A stretch of 64,000 nt of DNA, taken from an uncultured Pseudobdellovibrionaceae bacterium (lineage in GTDB: Bacteria; Bdellovibrionota; Bdellovibrionia; Bdellovibrionales; UBA1609). The position numbers and the translations under genes were made by a program. Location: NCBI GenBank assembly GCA_964628445.1, contig CAZVOP010000006.1, positions 6,723-70,722 of the forward strand, in the 5' to 3' direction. The notes under the pieces were generated by a model. It did not search any database. It saw only the letters and a program-made list of their open reading frames with translations, and was not told the DNA's origin. Positions 46,919-56,560 of the stretch are shown here, one piece after another (the first letter of the stretch is position 1; each line of letters starts with the position of its first letter).

Positions 46919-47184
46919 TGGATTTTTTATTTTTCATTAAAACATTTTTCTTAACAATTGCGATCGTGCTGGTGATGCAAATTCAGGTCGGCGATCACAG
47001 TTTGGAATCGCATGCGATGGGATGGGTGCAAAGCTCGGCCGTGGTGGCCCCGCTGAATATGGTCGCCAAAGGCGCCGCGAAACTCGTCCGCGATTTCACT
47101 CAGACTGTTTCGATCAGCGTAAAACGCAATAGCAAAAAGACGAAGAAGGAAGTGACACACGTCTCTTCCCCGTCTCAAGACTAA
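46915..47184 (+). CDS. small membrane protein
   Basis: ATGA overlap with the response-regulator stop. N-terminal TM (FFIKTFFLTIAIVLVM). Confidence 0.4.
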   Translation: MMDFLFFIKTFFLTIAIVLVMQIQVGDHSLESHAMGWVQSSAVVAPLNMVAKGAAKLVRDFTQTVSISVKRNSKKTKKEVTHVSSPSQD

Positions 47185-47188
47185 AGAG

Positions 47189-47410
47189 TTATTTAATACC
47201 TTTTATATCTTCCAAAGACGGTTGCGCGGCAGCCGTTTTGGCAAAAATGGTATCGACCCTCTTTTGACTGTTCGCTTGCGAGCTATCAGAAATACTTTCT
47301 TTATTGCGATTAGCCGCACAGTTAAAAGGCTTCGATGCGTCCGAAGAAGCATGCGAGAATTGCGCGCCCATTAATAGTGCCGCCGCAGCGATAAACATTT
47401 GGAACTTCAT
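47189..47410 (-). CDS. small secreted protein
   Basis: 73-aa ORF with a signal peptide (MKFQMFIAAAALLMGAQFSHA). GAGGAG upstream. Confidence 0.35.
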   Translation of the reverse strand: MKFQMFIAAAALLMGAQFSHASSDASKPFNCAANRNKESISDSSQANSQKRVDTIFAKTAAAQPSLEDIKGIK

Positions 47411-47565
47411 AGGATACTCCTCATTTGAAACCTAGTGACATAAGCTTGTATTGCTAAGGCCGTGCCGAGGCTGATTTCTTTCTGGGGAGACTTGAGGCCA
47501 AAGGGCTGTCTAAAAAATATTCGGGTGTTGGCGGTAAGGGGCCTGTCTCATTTTGAGACACGTCC

Positions 47566-47823
47566 CTATCGCTCGGTGGTGCTCTCAGGAGGCGGTCCTT
47601 TACGATTTGGATCCATGATCCAGTCGACAATCTTTTTAGATTCGGCGGCTGAGCGAATGCCCGCGGATTTTGAATTAACGGCGCTCCAGCAATGTCCGTC
47701 GGGGCAGGTCTCACTGATCACGGCTTCGGTCGACCCCTCGCCCGGGGACGTCTCTGCGTAAGTATTAAAGCCCGCCAAAATCATCCCCGCCAAAGCCAAC
47801 TGAAGAACTATAAGTCTATTCAT
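47566..47823 (-). CDS. small secreted protein
   Basis: 85-aa ORF with a signal peptide (LIVLQLALAGMILAGFNTYA). AGGAGG upstream. Confidence 0.35.
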   Translation of the reverse strand: MNRLIVLQLALAGMILAGFNTYAETSPGEGSTEAVISETCPDGHCWSAVNSKSAGIRSAAESKKIVDWIMDPNRKGPPPESTTER

Positions 47824-47832
47824 AATTCCTCC

Positions 47833-49536
47833 TTAAAGCGGCGTTTCGCTGGTGGCCGGCGCGATGATATCGAGCAGGTTGTTAAATATGCTCGCGACCT
47901 GTACCGCCACGTTCGGACCTTCTTTACTGTCCACTTTCGCGATTTCACCGTCAGACTTGTAAGTCACTTGGATCGTGCCGAGGCCCGGGCGTGAAACAAC
48001 CCATGGTTTGCCGAACTTCGCTTCATATTTAATTTTCACCAATTTTTTGGACTGATCTTCGATCTGCGAGATACGGCCTTGCGGATCATATTGCAACTTT
48101 ACACTTTGCCCTTCGGAAGTGTCGGCGGTGATCAGATTGCATTTTTGCGGCTCATACGCAAATTTCGTGCGCACGGTTTTTATAAGCTTTTCGCTCTTCG
48201 CCTGGGCGGTCTTACGCGTCTGCTTATTGTCGGAAATCGTGTTGTCATCAAAAACCTGGGTCGTTAGCTGCGAAACCTTATTGCAGCTATTCTTGTATTC
48301 AAAAGCCAGGGTACGACCCGGCTCCCTTTTCGTTTTCACGAAGCCATTATCAAAATACGTATAGTCGGTCTTTTGATTGTCGCGCAAAACCGAAATCGGT
48401 TTGCCGAAAGTTTCATGGTACACGATATCTGTCACGCTTGAGTTGATCTCCGTGCGAACCCGGTAAAGATACACGCCCGTGCCATCGGGCCGTGCGCGGT
48501 GGAAGAATTCGTATTTGCTTTGGTTGGTGATTTTTTCGCCGCACTTCTTAACGACGTTCGACCAAAAATGATTTTTAGGGTCGTCTTTGCTTAATTGATA
48601 CTCGTAAGTCTCAATGCAACCCTTGGGATTGCGGAACGACGTGACCCAGTCTTTATCCTTATTGTAGGTCAAAGCTTTGTAGGTATTGTCAAAATCCACG
48701 CGTGTCAGATTGTGGACGTCGTCGTACTGATACTTGAACTTCTTCCCTTTGGAATCGGTGACTTCGGCCAAGTCTTCGCCCTTGATCACGTACTTCGCGT
48801 TCAAATTATTCGGTCCGATGATCTCGGAAACTTTTTTATTTGCCGGATTGTACTTAAAGCTCAACTTACGGCCCAAATTATCGGCCACGCTCTGAAGCGT
48901 GTCGCGCTCCCATGTCAGCTTTAAGTAATTTTGGTTTTTGTCATACATGTGGGTCATGTGGCCCGTAGCCGCATCAAACAATTGGTATGTGCCGTCGCTA
49001 AGCGTGCGCTTGTAAACACCGGCCTTTAGCGTGACATTCTCGGCCTCTTTGCCGTTCGCCAAATACGTCACGCCGTCTTCGACTTTTCCCTTGATGTTCA
49101 TGCGGCGACTGAATTCTTCGCGCATAAAATCATTGGTTTTCAGTTCTTTCTCAAGGTTCGCGGTGTAATCGTCTTTTAAATCGGGACGACGGCGCTTCAC
49201 CTCGGTCATGATCATTTTAATCGTATGATCGACCTTCGCCGGATTGAAATTCTTCGCGGAGAAGATGACTTCCATCCCGCCGCCGCACTCGGTGAGTTTC
49301 ACATTGCTTTCCGGCGTGACCTCGACACGGGTCTCGTAATCCGAACACCAGCCGAATCCGAAGAGCCCATTGAACAACGAGCGGCTGTTGTACGAGCGGT
49401 TTACGCGCAAATCGTATCCAACCCCGGGAACGGTCAGATCCGTCCAGCTTTCCGAATAATTGGCGCTTTTCATGTCGACGATGGCAAAAGCGGACGATGT
49501 AAATAGAAAGGCGAGAGCAAGAAAGATGTTTTTCAT
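47833..49536 (-). CDS. secreted YD/RHS-type repeat protein (short form)
   Basis: Start set at MKNIFLALAFLFTSSAFA (GAGGA upstream). VNRSYNSRSLFNGLFGFGWCSDYE resembles the RxYxS-x(n)-GxFGxGW opening of Rhs/YD proteins. It is followed by YD-like repeats (KFKYQYDDVHNLTRVDF, ALTYNKDKDWVTSF, IETYEY). No Rhs core PxxxxDPxGL or toxin tip was seen. Confidence 0.5.
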   Translation of the reverse strand: MKNIFLALAFLFTSSAFAIVDMKSANYSESWTDLTVPGVGYDLRVNRSYNSRSLFNGLFGFGWCSDYETRVEVTPESNVKLTECGGGMEVIFSAKNFNPAKVDHTIKMIMTEVKRRRPDLKDDYTANLEKELKTNDFMREEFSRRMNIKGKVEDGVTYLANGKEAENVTLKAGVYKRTLSDGTYQLFDAATGHMTHMYDKNQNYLKLTWERDTLQSVADNLGRKLSFKYNPANKKVSEIIGPNNLNAKYVIKGEDLAEVTDSKGKKFKYQYDDVHNLTRVDFDNTYKALTYNKDKDWVTSFRNPKGCIETYEYQLSKDDPKNHFWSNVVKKCGEKITNQSKYEFFHRARPDGTGVYLYRVRTEINSSVTDIVYHETFGKPISVLRDNQKTDYTYFDNGFVKTKREPGRTLAFEYKNSCNKVSQLTTQVFDDNTISDNKQTRKTAQAKSEKLIKTVRTKFAYEPQKCNLITADTSEGQSVKLQYDPQGRISQIEDQSKKLVKIKYEAKFGKPWVVSRPGLGTIQVTYKSDGEIAKVDSKEGPNVAVQVASIFNNLLDIIAPATSETPL

Positions 49537-49546
49537 TGATTGTCCT

Positions 49547-50425
49547 CTACACCTTAATGGTAACAATCTTTTTCATCACGAATAAACCTATTACCTGCAG
49601 GGTTAGCATTAGGGCCAGGCAGACCCAACCCAAAGGCTTGGTGAATAGGGGCATCACATAGTTGGGATCCAAGATCAGAAAAATACCGAGCAGCAGCAGC
49701 GGGACCAAGGTAATGATCACGGCCTGCATCGTTCCTTGCGCCGTTAAGGCTTCGATTTTCTTTTCGACTTTCTGGCGTTCACGAACGGTGGTCACGATTG
49801 TCTGAAAAGTTTCGGCCAGATTACCGCCCGTTTCCTTCAAAATATTCACCGCGGTCACGAACATCTGCACGTCTTGGCGGGGAATGCGCTCGCCGAATTC
49901 ATTCAAAGCTTCTTCCACCGACATACCCAGTCGCACTTTATTCAACACCAACCCGAATTCCTGCGAAATCGGGCCGTTGATGTTCTCCACCACACGCTCC
50001 ATACTTTGCGTTAAGCTTTGCCCGGCTTTGATGCCGTTCGACATGATTGTCATCCCGTCGACCATTTGGTTGATCAGCCGGCTGCAGCGCTTTTCCCACA
50101 AATAGGTCATGATGATTTTGGGGGCGGTCCAGCCAGCCAGCGTAAATGCGCCGCCCAAAATAATGCCCAAAATAAAATGCGGCCAAACCACCAGAAACAT
50201 CAGCGCGCCGACACCAAAGCTTCCGGCGAGCATCGTATAGGTCACTTTCTGGCGATCCGTGGTGATGAACATACGATCCATCAGCTCAAGAACTTCCTCG
50301 CGACTACCCAGGCTTTTGCGGTGCAAGTAATCCAAAATCCGGTCCGAGGTGAAATAGGAAAAGATAAAAACCGTGATTCCGAAGAGCGGAATAAAAATCG
50401 CCTCGTTGCCGATGAAAAAGCTCAT
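49547..50425 (-). CDS. tadB: TadB/TadC-type pilus platform protein (T2SS F family)
   Basis: RLGMSVEEALNEFGERIP ... VNILKETGGNLAETF ... KIEALTAQG with flanking TM helices. ATGA-type overlap with the upstream ATPase gene. Confidence 0.75.
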   Translation of the reverse strand: MSFFIGNEAIFIPLFGITVFIFSYFTSDRILDYLHRKSLGSREEVLELMDRMFITTDRQKVTYTMLAGSFGVGALMFLVVWPHFILGIILGGAFTLAGWTAPKIIMTYLWEKRCSRLINQMVDGMTIMSNGIKAGQSLTQSMERVVENINGPISQEFGLVLNKVRLGMSVEEALNEFGERIPRQDVQMFVTAVNILKETGGNLAETFQTIVTTVRERQKVEKKIEALTAQGTMQAVIITLVPLLLLGIFLILDPNYVMPLFTKPLGWVCLALMLTLQVIGLFVMKKIVTIKV

Positions 50426-52719
50426 GTATGCCCTCCGGTGCCCGTTTTCTTAGGAGGTGCGGCCGGCGCCCCGCCGATGCGCGGAATGGACGGCGGCTTA
50501 GGACCGCCGGCACTCGACGAGTGCTTGGGTTTCGTGGCGGCGGCTTCACTGGAAATAAATAGATTGCGCGGGATACTGACGCCCTTTTGCTCAAATTCTT
50601 CGATGAACGTGGGAATCAATCCCATCGCTTGGAATTGCCCGACGACTTTGCGGTTCTTATCGAAACCTTCTTCTTTAAAGCGAAAAATTTCTTGCAACGT
50701 CACCGTATCGCCCTGCATGCCGCAAACTTCTGTGATGTACATAAGCTTACGTGAACCGTCGGAAAGGCGTGAAATCTGAATGATCAGTTGCACCGCTCCC
50801 GCGATCTGCTCGCGGATGGCTTTTGCCGGAAGCTCCATACCGGCCATCAAGCATAAAGTTTCCAAACGGCTGATCGCTTCGCGCGGCGTGTTCGCGTGGA
50901 CCGTGGTCATCGAGCCGTCGTGACCCGTGTTCATCGCCGCCAACATATCGAGGGCGGCGCCGTCACGGCACTCCCCCACCACGATGCGGTCGGGGCGCAT
51001 ACGCAAAGAGTTTCGAATCAGATCGCGAATGCTGACCTCACCGGTTCCTTCTAAATTCGCGGGCCGGGTCTCCAGTCGCACCACATGCTCTTGTTTCATC
51101 TGCAATTCGGCCGCGTCTTCCACGGTCACAATGCGCTCGTTGGCGGGAATGAAACTCGACATCACATTCAGTAAAGTCGTTTTACCGGAGCCGGTACCGC
51201 CCGAGATAATGATATTCAAACCTTGCTCGACGCAAATTTTTAGAAAGTCCATCATCGGGCGGGTCATCGATCCAAAGCGCTCGACGTAATCTTTGTCGGT
51301 GATGCGCTCTTGCGGGAACTTACGGATCGTCAGTGCGGGTCCGTCAATCGACAGCGGCTCGATGATCGCGTTCACGCGAGATCCATCGGGCAAGCGCGCA
51401 TCGACGTAAGGCGTTCTTTCATCGATACGGCGACCAAGGGGCGCCACAATCCGCTCGATCACGTTACGCAATTGTAAGTTCGAGGTGAACGTCGTTTGCG
51501 AAAGCGTCAACTTGCCGCTTTTCTCCACGTAGATCATATCGCAACCGTTGACCATGATCTCCGTCACGGTCGGATCCGCCAGCAATTCCTCCAGCGGCCC
51601 AAGGCCCAAGGCTTCATCCAAAGTTTCTTTGATCACGCGTGAGCGGTCTTCGCGCGACATGCCCGGCGACAAACGGTCGGTCAAATCCGAGATCGTGCGC
51701 TGAGTTTTGTTTTTCAACTCTCGCGCCTTCACTGGATCGCCGTCGGTCTTCATCACATCGGCCTTCAAGTCCATCTCTTTGATTAGGCCGCTATGAACCT
51801 GCATTTTTAAAAGCGTAAGCGGGCTCAACTGCTTACGTGAACCGCGCTTCGCGTTCTTCGGATCCATCATGCTGGGCAGGCCGGAGCCGCCTGCTTTTTC
51901 CGATGTCCCGCCGCCGACACTTTCCTTGGCGAGGTTGGTGATCTTAGGGCGTGACGCCGTTTTTAATTTTTGTAAGACACCGCCGGTCAGCTTACGCACC
52001 AAATCGTGATAGGCCGATGACATGGGGCTGGTGGGTGCACCGATAACGAAAGGAATCGAGCGCTGAAGCGCGTTCGTCGCCGCGGCGTCATCCTGCGGGA
52101 TCGAGGCCAGCACCGGCCGACGCAAGCTTTGCGCGATGGCGTTGGCATCAAGGCCGCTGCGATTCACTTTATTCAAGCAGATCTGAATGAATTCGCCAGG
52201 CACCGACATCGACAACAAATCGTTCATCAAGCGCCGTGTTTGATTGACCACCAAAACTTCCGGGGTCGTTACGACAAGGATCGCCGTCGCGTCCTCAATC
52301 AATCCGGTTTGCACCGCTTCGAGTTCACTGCCGACATCGACGATAATGTATTTGTAATGCTGGCTCATGGCGCCGATCTGTTTGCGCAATAAATCGACCT
52401 GTACATTGAAGACCTGATCGGGGCCTTGGACCGCGCCGATAAAATTCAATCCCGAGGGATGGGCTGTGACCAGCGCGCTCACCGACTGCGGCGTGATCGC
52501 ACCGGCATAGCTCGCTAGATCCATGACGGTCTTGTGAGGACGAATTCCGGTGATGAAGTTTTGATCCCCGCAGCTTTTCGGATCGCAATCGATCAACAGC
52601 GTTTTGGCTTTCATTTCCTTGATAAAGGCATGCGCAAGATTCGCGGCAAATACGGATTTACCCACGCCGCCTTTGCCGCCGATCACCACGATTAAATGTG
52701 AACTTTCATGAATGGACAA
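50422..52719 (-). CDS. cpaF: fused CpaE/TadZ-like (MinD/ParA-type) ATPase + CpaF/TadA secretion ATPase
   Basis: The N-terminal ~250 aa has IVVIGGKGGVGKSVFAANLA (deviant Walker A) ... IIVDVG. The C-terminal ~400 aa has VTEIMVNG ... IIISGGTGSGKTTLLN ... RPDRIVVGECRDGAALDML ... TGHDGSMTTVHAN. It is a single uninterrupted 765-codon frame with a TTG start. Confidence 0.8.
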   Translation of the reverse strand: MSIHESSHLIVVIGGKGGVGKSVFAANLAHAFIKEMKAKTLLIDCDPKSCGDQNFITGIRPHKTVMDLASYAGAITPQSVSALVTAHPSGLNFIGAVQGPDQVFNVQVDLLRKQIGAMSQHYKYIIVDVGSELEAVQTGLIEDATAILVVTTPEVLVVNQTRRLMNDLLSMSVPGEFIQICLNKVNRSGLDANAIAQSLRRPVLASIPQDDAAATNALQRSIPFVIGAPTSPMSSAYHDLVRKLTGGVLQKLKTASRPKITNLAKESVGGGTSEKAGGSGLPSMMDPKNAKRGSRKQLSPLTLLKMQVHSGLIKEMDLKADVMKTDGDPVKARELKNKTQRTISDLTDRLSPGMSREDRSRVIKETLDEALGLGPLEELLADPTVTEIMVNGCDMIYVEKSGKLTLSQTTFTSNLQLRNVIERIVAPLGRRIDERTPYVDARLPDGSRVNAIIEPLSIDGPALTIRKFPQERITDKDYVERFGSMTRPMMDFLKICVEQGLNIIISGGTGSGKTTLLNVMSSFIPANERIVTVEDAAELQMKQEHVVRLETRPANLEGTGEVSIRDLIRNSLRMRPDRIVVGECRDGAALDMLAAMNTGHDGSMTTVHANTPREAISRLETLCLMAGMELPAKAIREQIAGAVQLIIQISRLSDGSRKLMYITEVCGMQGDTVTLQEIFRFKEEGFDKNRKVVGQFQAMGLIPTFIEEFEQKGVSIPRNLFISSEAAATKPKHSSSAGGPKPPSIPRIGGAPAAPPKKTGTGGHT

Positions 52720-52793
52720 TGGAGCTAACCCCCCGAAATCTTATCGGAAGAAGCACGGCACTCCTGGAGGTACGGCGCCCCTTCCCCCCAGGT

Positions 52794-54296
52794 CTAGTTC
52801 TGGTCTAGACGAAACTTGCGTTTGATTTTGTCGCTTCCCGCGCTGGCCGAGCTTTTAATGATCGGCGTGACAAAGACCACGAACTGGCTTTGATTGCGGC
52901 GGAAATCTTTAGAGGCATAAAGTGAAATCAACGGGTTTTTGCTGGCGCCCGCGGGCAGCTTATTGAAGTTCGTACCGCTATCGTTGGTGATCAAACCGCC
53001 GACTGCGGCACTTTGCCCGCTGCGTATGTGCAATACCGTCTGGATTTCGCGTGAAGCCGTCAATGGACCTTGGTCCGAGTAGCTGAGCAAAGATTTTACC
53101 GCGAAATTCAGCGCCAACTTAACGGAGTCGGAACGAGCGCCCATAATTTGCGGCGTAACGTTGGTGCGGATACCCGTTTCCTCGAAGTTCGTCGAAGGCT
53201 GTCCCTGTCCGTTAACAACTTGGTATGGCAGACGGGTCAATGAGTTGATCACGCCCTGTTTGCCGTCTTCCACGGTCACGCTTGAACTTTGCAAAACGCG
53301 CGCGAAGCCATGCTGCTTCGCCCAGTTCAATTTCGGCAACAGGTTTGAGATCGTACCGGTAATCGTCGTCGCAATGCCTCCCGGATTGCGACCGCCGCTT
53401 GAGAATTCAATCCCCGAGCTGTCGCCGATGTCCGGCATCCACTGAAAACGGAAGGACTTACTGTAATCTTTCTGCAATTCAACGTAGTGGACCACCATCT
53501 GCACGATCTTGCTGGGCTCGCCTTCGGGCGGCGGGCGCACGGCGATCAAGTTGATGACCACGTCAACTTTTCTCTCCAAAACCTTTTTGTCGGCCACAGC
53601 TTCGTCAACGACCACATCGGGCACGTACATCTTGGCGACGATCTCGGCTTTGTCTTTTTCTTCACGCGTGTTGGCGAAACCCTCGAGAATGAACTTGCCG
53701 TTGACGGCATTCACCCGGATTTCGGGGTTACCGACTTTGCGCTCGATGAACTGCGCGATCTTGTTTTGCGCGATCGGGCTCAAGACGACCAAAGAAGTCG
53801 CTTGTCCGCCGTACTGCTTAACGACCGAGTGGATACGCTTCATATCCGACGGCAAAAGAATCTGGCCGTCGACCACGATCTTGTTGTTCAGCATTTTGAT
53901 CGAGATGCCTTCGATCCCCTGAAGCAAAGCTTGGATCTCGCGCGCGACCTTTTGCAAGTCGGTCTTCTTCACGTCGATCGTGTATTCCGCCAAAACTTTC
54001 CCGGTCGACGGGTTTTTGATGATCAAGGTTCCCACGCCCACCGCACGCGGATTAAAACGTAAGGTCTTGGATTCCGGATTCCATTGAATACGGGTGAGCT
54101 TGCGGAAGGTTCCGTCCAAGTCGATCTTGGCCGGAAGTTCTTCCAGCGGTTCATCATGATAGATACCGATCGAGAGATTCAGGTAGCTCTTCGTTCTGTC
54201 CCCTTCGACTTCCTGCCCATGCGCGATGGGCAGCGCGAACCATGAAGCCAGCACAAGAGTGAGGACCGAGATTTTACATACCGTTTTCATACTCAC
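52794..54296 (-). CDS. cpaC: CpaC/RcpA secretin
   Basis: Signal peptide. The C-terminal secretin block is LQSSSVTVEDGKQGVINS ... GGLITNDSG ... QSQFVVFVTPIIK. Confidence 0.8.
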   Translation of the reverse strand: MSMKTVCKISVLTLVLASWFALPIAHGQEVEGDRTKSYLNLSIGIYHDEPLEELPAKIDLDGTFRKLTRIQWNPESKTLRFNPRAVGVGTLIIKNPSTGKVLAEYTIDVKKTDLQKVAREIQALLQGIEGISIKMLNNKIVVDGQILLPSDMKRIHSVVKQYGGQATSLVVLSPIAQNKIAQFIERKVGNPEIRVNAVNGKFILEGFANTREEKDKAEIVAKMYVPDVVVDEAVADKKVLERKVDVVINLIAVRPPPEGEPSKIVQMVVHYVELQKDYSKSFRFQWMPDIGDSSGIEFSSGGRNPGGIATTITGTISNLLPKLNWAKQHGFARVLQSSSVTVEDGKQGVINSLTRLPYQVVNGQGQPSTNFEETGIRTNVTPQIMGARSDSVKLALNFAVKSLLSYSDQGPLTASREIQTVLHIRSGQSAAVGGLITNDSGTNFNKLPAGASKNPLISLYASKDFRRNQSQFVVFVTPIIKSSASAGSDKIKRKFRLDQN

Positions 54297-54301
54297 CTAT
54301 C

Positions 54302-55177
54302 CTATAAATCGATGAACGGACCTTTTTTCTTCGGCTTCGGCGGCGGCGCCGGAGGCGGAGGCGGACTCGCGGGAGCCCGCTGCTGCAAATTCAGCATTTC
54401 CTGGGATACTTTTCCTAATAAGGATTCGATCGTCGATTCGGGGAAGCGCTTCTTGGTGTGATCCGAAGGATGGCGCAGAGTTAGGAAGATCGAGCCCGGC
54501 GAGGTCGAAAGCAGATAAATCAAATCTTGCGATTCTTCGGGCGAAGCTTCGATCGTGATGGTCGCGAAGTTCATATCCCCGCGCAACGGGATCACCTGCC
54601 AGGCGTCTTTGCCTTGCTTTTCAAGAGTCGCGGGCAATTCGTTGGAAATACGGACCCCCGTGGAAAGCACCACTACGTCTTGCATAAGCGTTTTGACTTC
54701 GCGGTGTTGGGCCACGCCCTTTCCGACATCCAGCGCGGCGATAATATCGATGCGATCGCCTGGATTTAAAAGCTTTGCGACCGCATTGGTTTCGTTAACC
54801 GGCACGGCCAAGGCACGTTTACTGGGTGAAACCTGAAGCGACAATCCGGTTACGGGACCGGGCCGAATCACTTTACTTTGCAAGACCTGTTCACCCATTT
54901 TGATGGGTGCAAGCGCGATCATTCCGACCGCGGGCTCGGGATCGCTGAATGCGCCGGGCTCGACGAAGTCCATCGGCTTTTCTTCGACTTTCAACATCGT
55001 TTCGTCGACTGTTTCCATCTCATTAATGTCGCGAATCGCTACGACAACGTTTTGTTTCGCGCCGAATTTCTTCTGTAGCTCCGCACTCTTGTCTTGCGTG
55101 TAACTATAAAGAAGGAAGACCGCGAACAGCGCGCTTCCCACCGATATCCACAACGTCCTGGTTTCATTCTGGTTCAC
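54302..55177 (-). CDS. cpaB: CpaB/RcpC pilus assembly protein
   Basis: N-terminal TM, SAF-like VVVAIRDINEMETVDETML, and a C-terminal Pro-rich tail. Confidence 0.7.
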   Translation of the reverse strand: MNQNETRTLWISVGSALFAVFLLYSYTQDKSAELQKKFGAKQNVVVAIRDINEMETVDETMLKVEEKPMDFVEPGAFSDPEPAVGMIALAPIKMGEQVLQSKVIRPGPVTGLSLQVSPSKRALAVPVNETNAVAKLLNPGDRIDIIAALDVGKGVAQHREVKTLMQDVVVLSTGVRISNELPATLEKQGKDAWQVIPLRGDMNFATITIEASPEESQDLIYLLSTSPGSIFLTLRHPSDHTKKRFPESTIESLLGKVSQEMLNLQQRAPASPPPPPAPPPKPKKKGPFIDL

Positions 55178-55189
55178 GATGCCACCTCT

Positions 55190-55687
55190 TTAGTTCCCAC
55201 AATTCGCATTCAGGCAAATCCCGTAACCAACCATCACCCATGCGGGGTTCACGTTGATTCGTTCGTTGCGCGGTAATATTTCAAAAATCTGTTGGTTATG
55301 CGTCTCACCACTGGTGTCGCTTGAGGCGACCGACCGTCCAAGGGCGATGGGCCTGGTCGTGGCAATGAACTTCTCACGCAAGTCGCTCTCATGGTTAATG
55401 GCATGGAAACGCCAGCCCTTTTTCGAATAGCTAATCGGGCGCGTAAGACCGGAGCCGTTTTCGCGGAAGTAGTAAAGGTTCGCGCGCTGGCGGAAAGTTT
55501 CGAACGCATAAGTTCGCGCGCCGATCGAGTGCAATACGGCAGTATGTACGATTCCAAAAAAGCCCATGCCGAAACTGGTGAGCACGACAAAAATCACGAG
55601 CAACGGAACGGTTTCCAGCATCGCCAGACCCTTTTCGTTACGCAAAATTTGCGATGCTCTCAATTTCTTCATCTCAACATCCGTCAT
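55190..55687 (-). CDS. TadE-like minor pilin/pseudopilin
   Basis: EKGLAMLETVPLLVIFVVL fits the TadE N-terminal motif (G-x4-E + hydrophobic helix). Confidence 0.55.
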   Translation of the reverse strand: MTDVEMKKLRASQILRNEKGLAMLETVPLLVIFVVLTSFGMGFFGIVHTAVLHSIGARTYAFETFRQRANLYYFRENGSGLTRPISYSKKGWRFHAINHESDLREKFIATTRPIALGRSVASSDTSGETHNQQIFEILPRNERINVNPAWVMVGYGICLNANCGN

Positions 55688-56288
55688 CTGACATAGGAAA
55701 ATATCCGTTCGTGCTGGTTCCCGTGCTGTACGAAGAACCGCCCGTCACTGAAAGATTGCGAATCGCCGTCCAGCGGGCGGCCGTGAACGCCAAACATTCT
55801 TCCGTTGTGGGTTCGCGCCCCAAATAGGACCCCATATACGTCTTGAAACCGCTGCCATCTTCGTCGCCGTCGGGAACGGTCGTACCGAAGAAAGGGATCT
55901 TGAAAGCAAGAACCGCCGCGGTGAACGACGTACCGACGCCCCAAAAATTATTTGTGTCTTGGGCGGCCGTCGCGTATCCGTCGATAATTTTCGTGTGATC
56001 GCCGATAGTGGGCTCGGCATCGACTTTAAACCAGCCGTTGCTATAGAGAGGCTTAAACACCGGATGACCGATCAACTCTTTATACTTAGCGGCGCCGCGC
56101 TTTTCTTGTTCTTCCTTCGTGATATGCGCGACTCCATAATTCCGGGCCGCCGCAAAGGTGATGTATTGAGTGACCGAGGCCAGTGAGAGTGTGAAAGTCA
56201 AAACGAACATCAACGACGCCAATCCCAAAATCAACACCATCGAGAAAACAAAATCCACCGTGAGAATACCGCGCTCGTTTCTGATCAC
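55674..56288 (-). CDS. TadE/TadG-like minor pilin
   Basis: Start reassigned to GTG 56288, with GGAGGAGG 4 nt upstream and a GTGA overlap with the preceding gene. The N-terminus is VIRNERGILTVDFVFSMVLILGL. The first 93 codons of ORF 55674-56567 are out-of-frame overlap with the neighbouring gene. Confidence 0.5.
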   Translation of the reverse strand: MIRNERGILTVDFVFSMVLILGLASLMFVLTFTLSLASVTQYITFAAARNYGVAHITKEEQEKRGAAKYKELIGHPVFKPLYSNGWFKVDAEPTIGDHTKIIDGYATAAQDTNNFWGVGTSFTAAVLAFKIPFFGTTVPDGDEDGSGFKTYMGSYLGREPTTEECLAFTAARWTAIRNLSVTGGSSYSTGTSTNGYFPMSDDGC

Positions 56289-56560
56289 TGCGCCTCCTCC
56301 CCGGTAATAACGATATGCCGGCCGTGACCGTTGGGATGCATGATCGCCCCCGCCTGCGGCGTCGCCCAAACTCCGTTTTGCAACATGCCCGAAAGGGTTT
56401 GCCATGGGCCCGTAATAATTTGTTTTAAAACGTCTTGGTCTTTGAAGTAATTGGCCACGGCGAAAGTGAATCCCACCAGCATAACTATAATCAAAATCGC
56501 TTCGGTGATCCCTTGACCGGCCTGTGAACGAAGACTCGGAAGTTTGCGCGCCGGCTTCAT
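56285..56560 (-). CDS. Flp/TadE-type prepilin-like protein
   Basis: Start at MKPARKL (ATGA overlap with the cpaA stop). SQAGQGITEAILIIVMLVGF has a G/xxxE processing-type motif. Confidence 0.45.
   Translation of the reverse strand: MKPARKLPSLRSQAGQGITEAILIIVMLVGFTFAVANYFKDQDVLKQIITGPWQTLSGMLQNGVWATPQAGAIMHPNGHGRHIVITGEEAQ

Noticed and set aside
50018-50779. 253-aa + strand ORF across the tadB / cpaF junction
   Set aside because: It is antisense to two well-supported tad genes. Its composition (G/P/R/H-rich) is typical of shadow ORFs.
53487-54062. 191-aa and 137-aa + strand ORFs inside the secretin gene
   Set aside because: They are shadow frames of cpaC, with D/H/R-rich nonsense composition.
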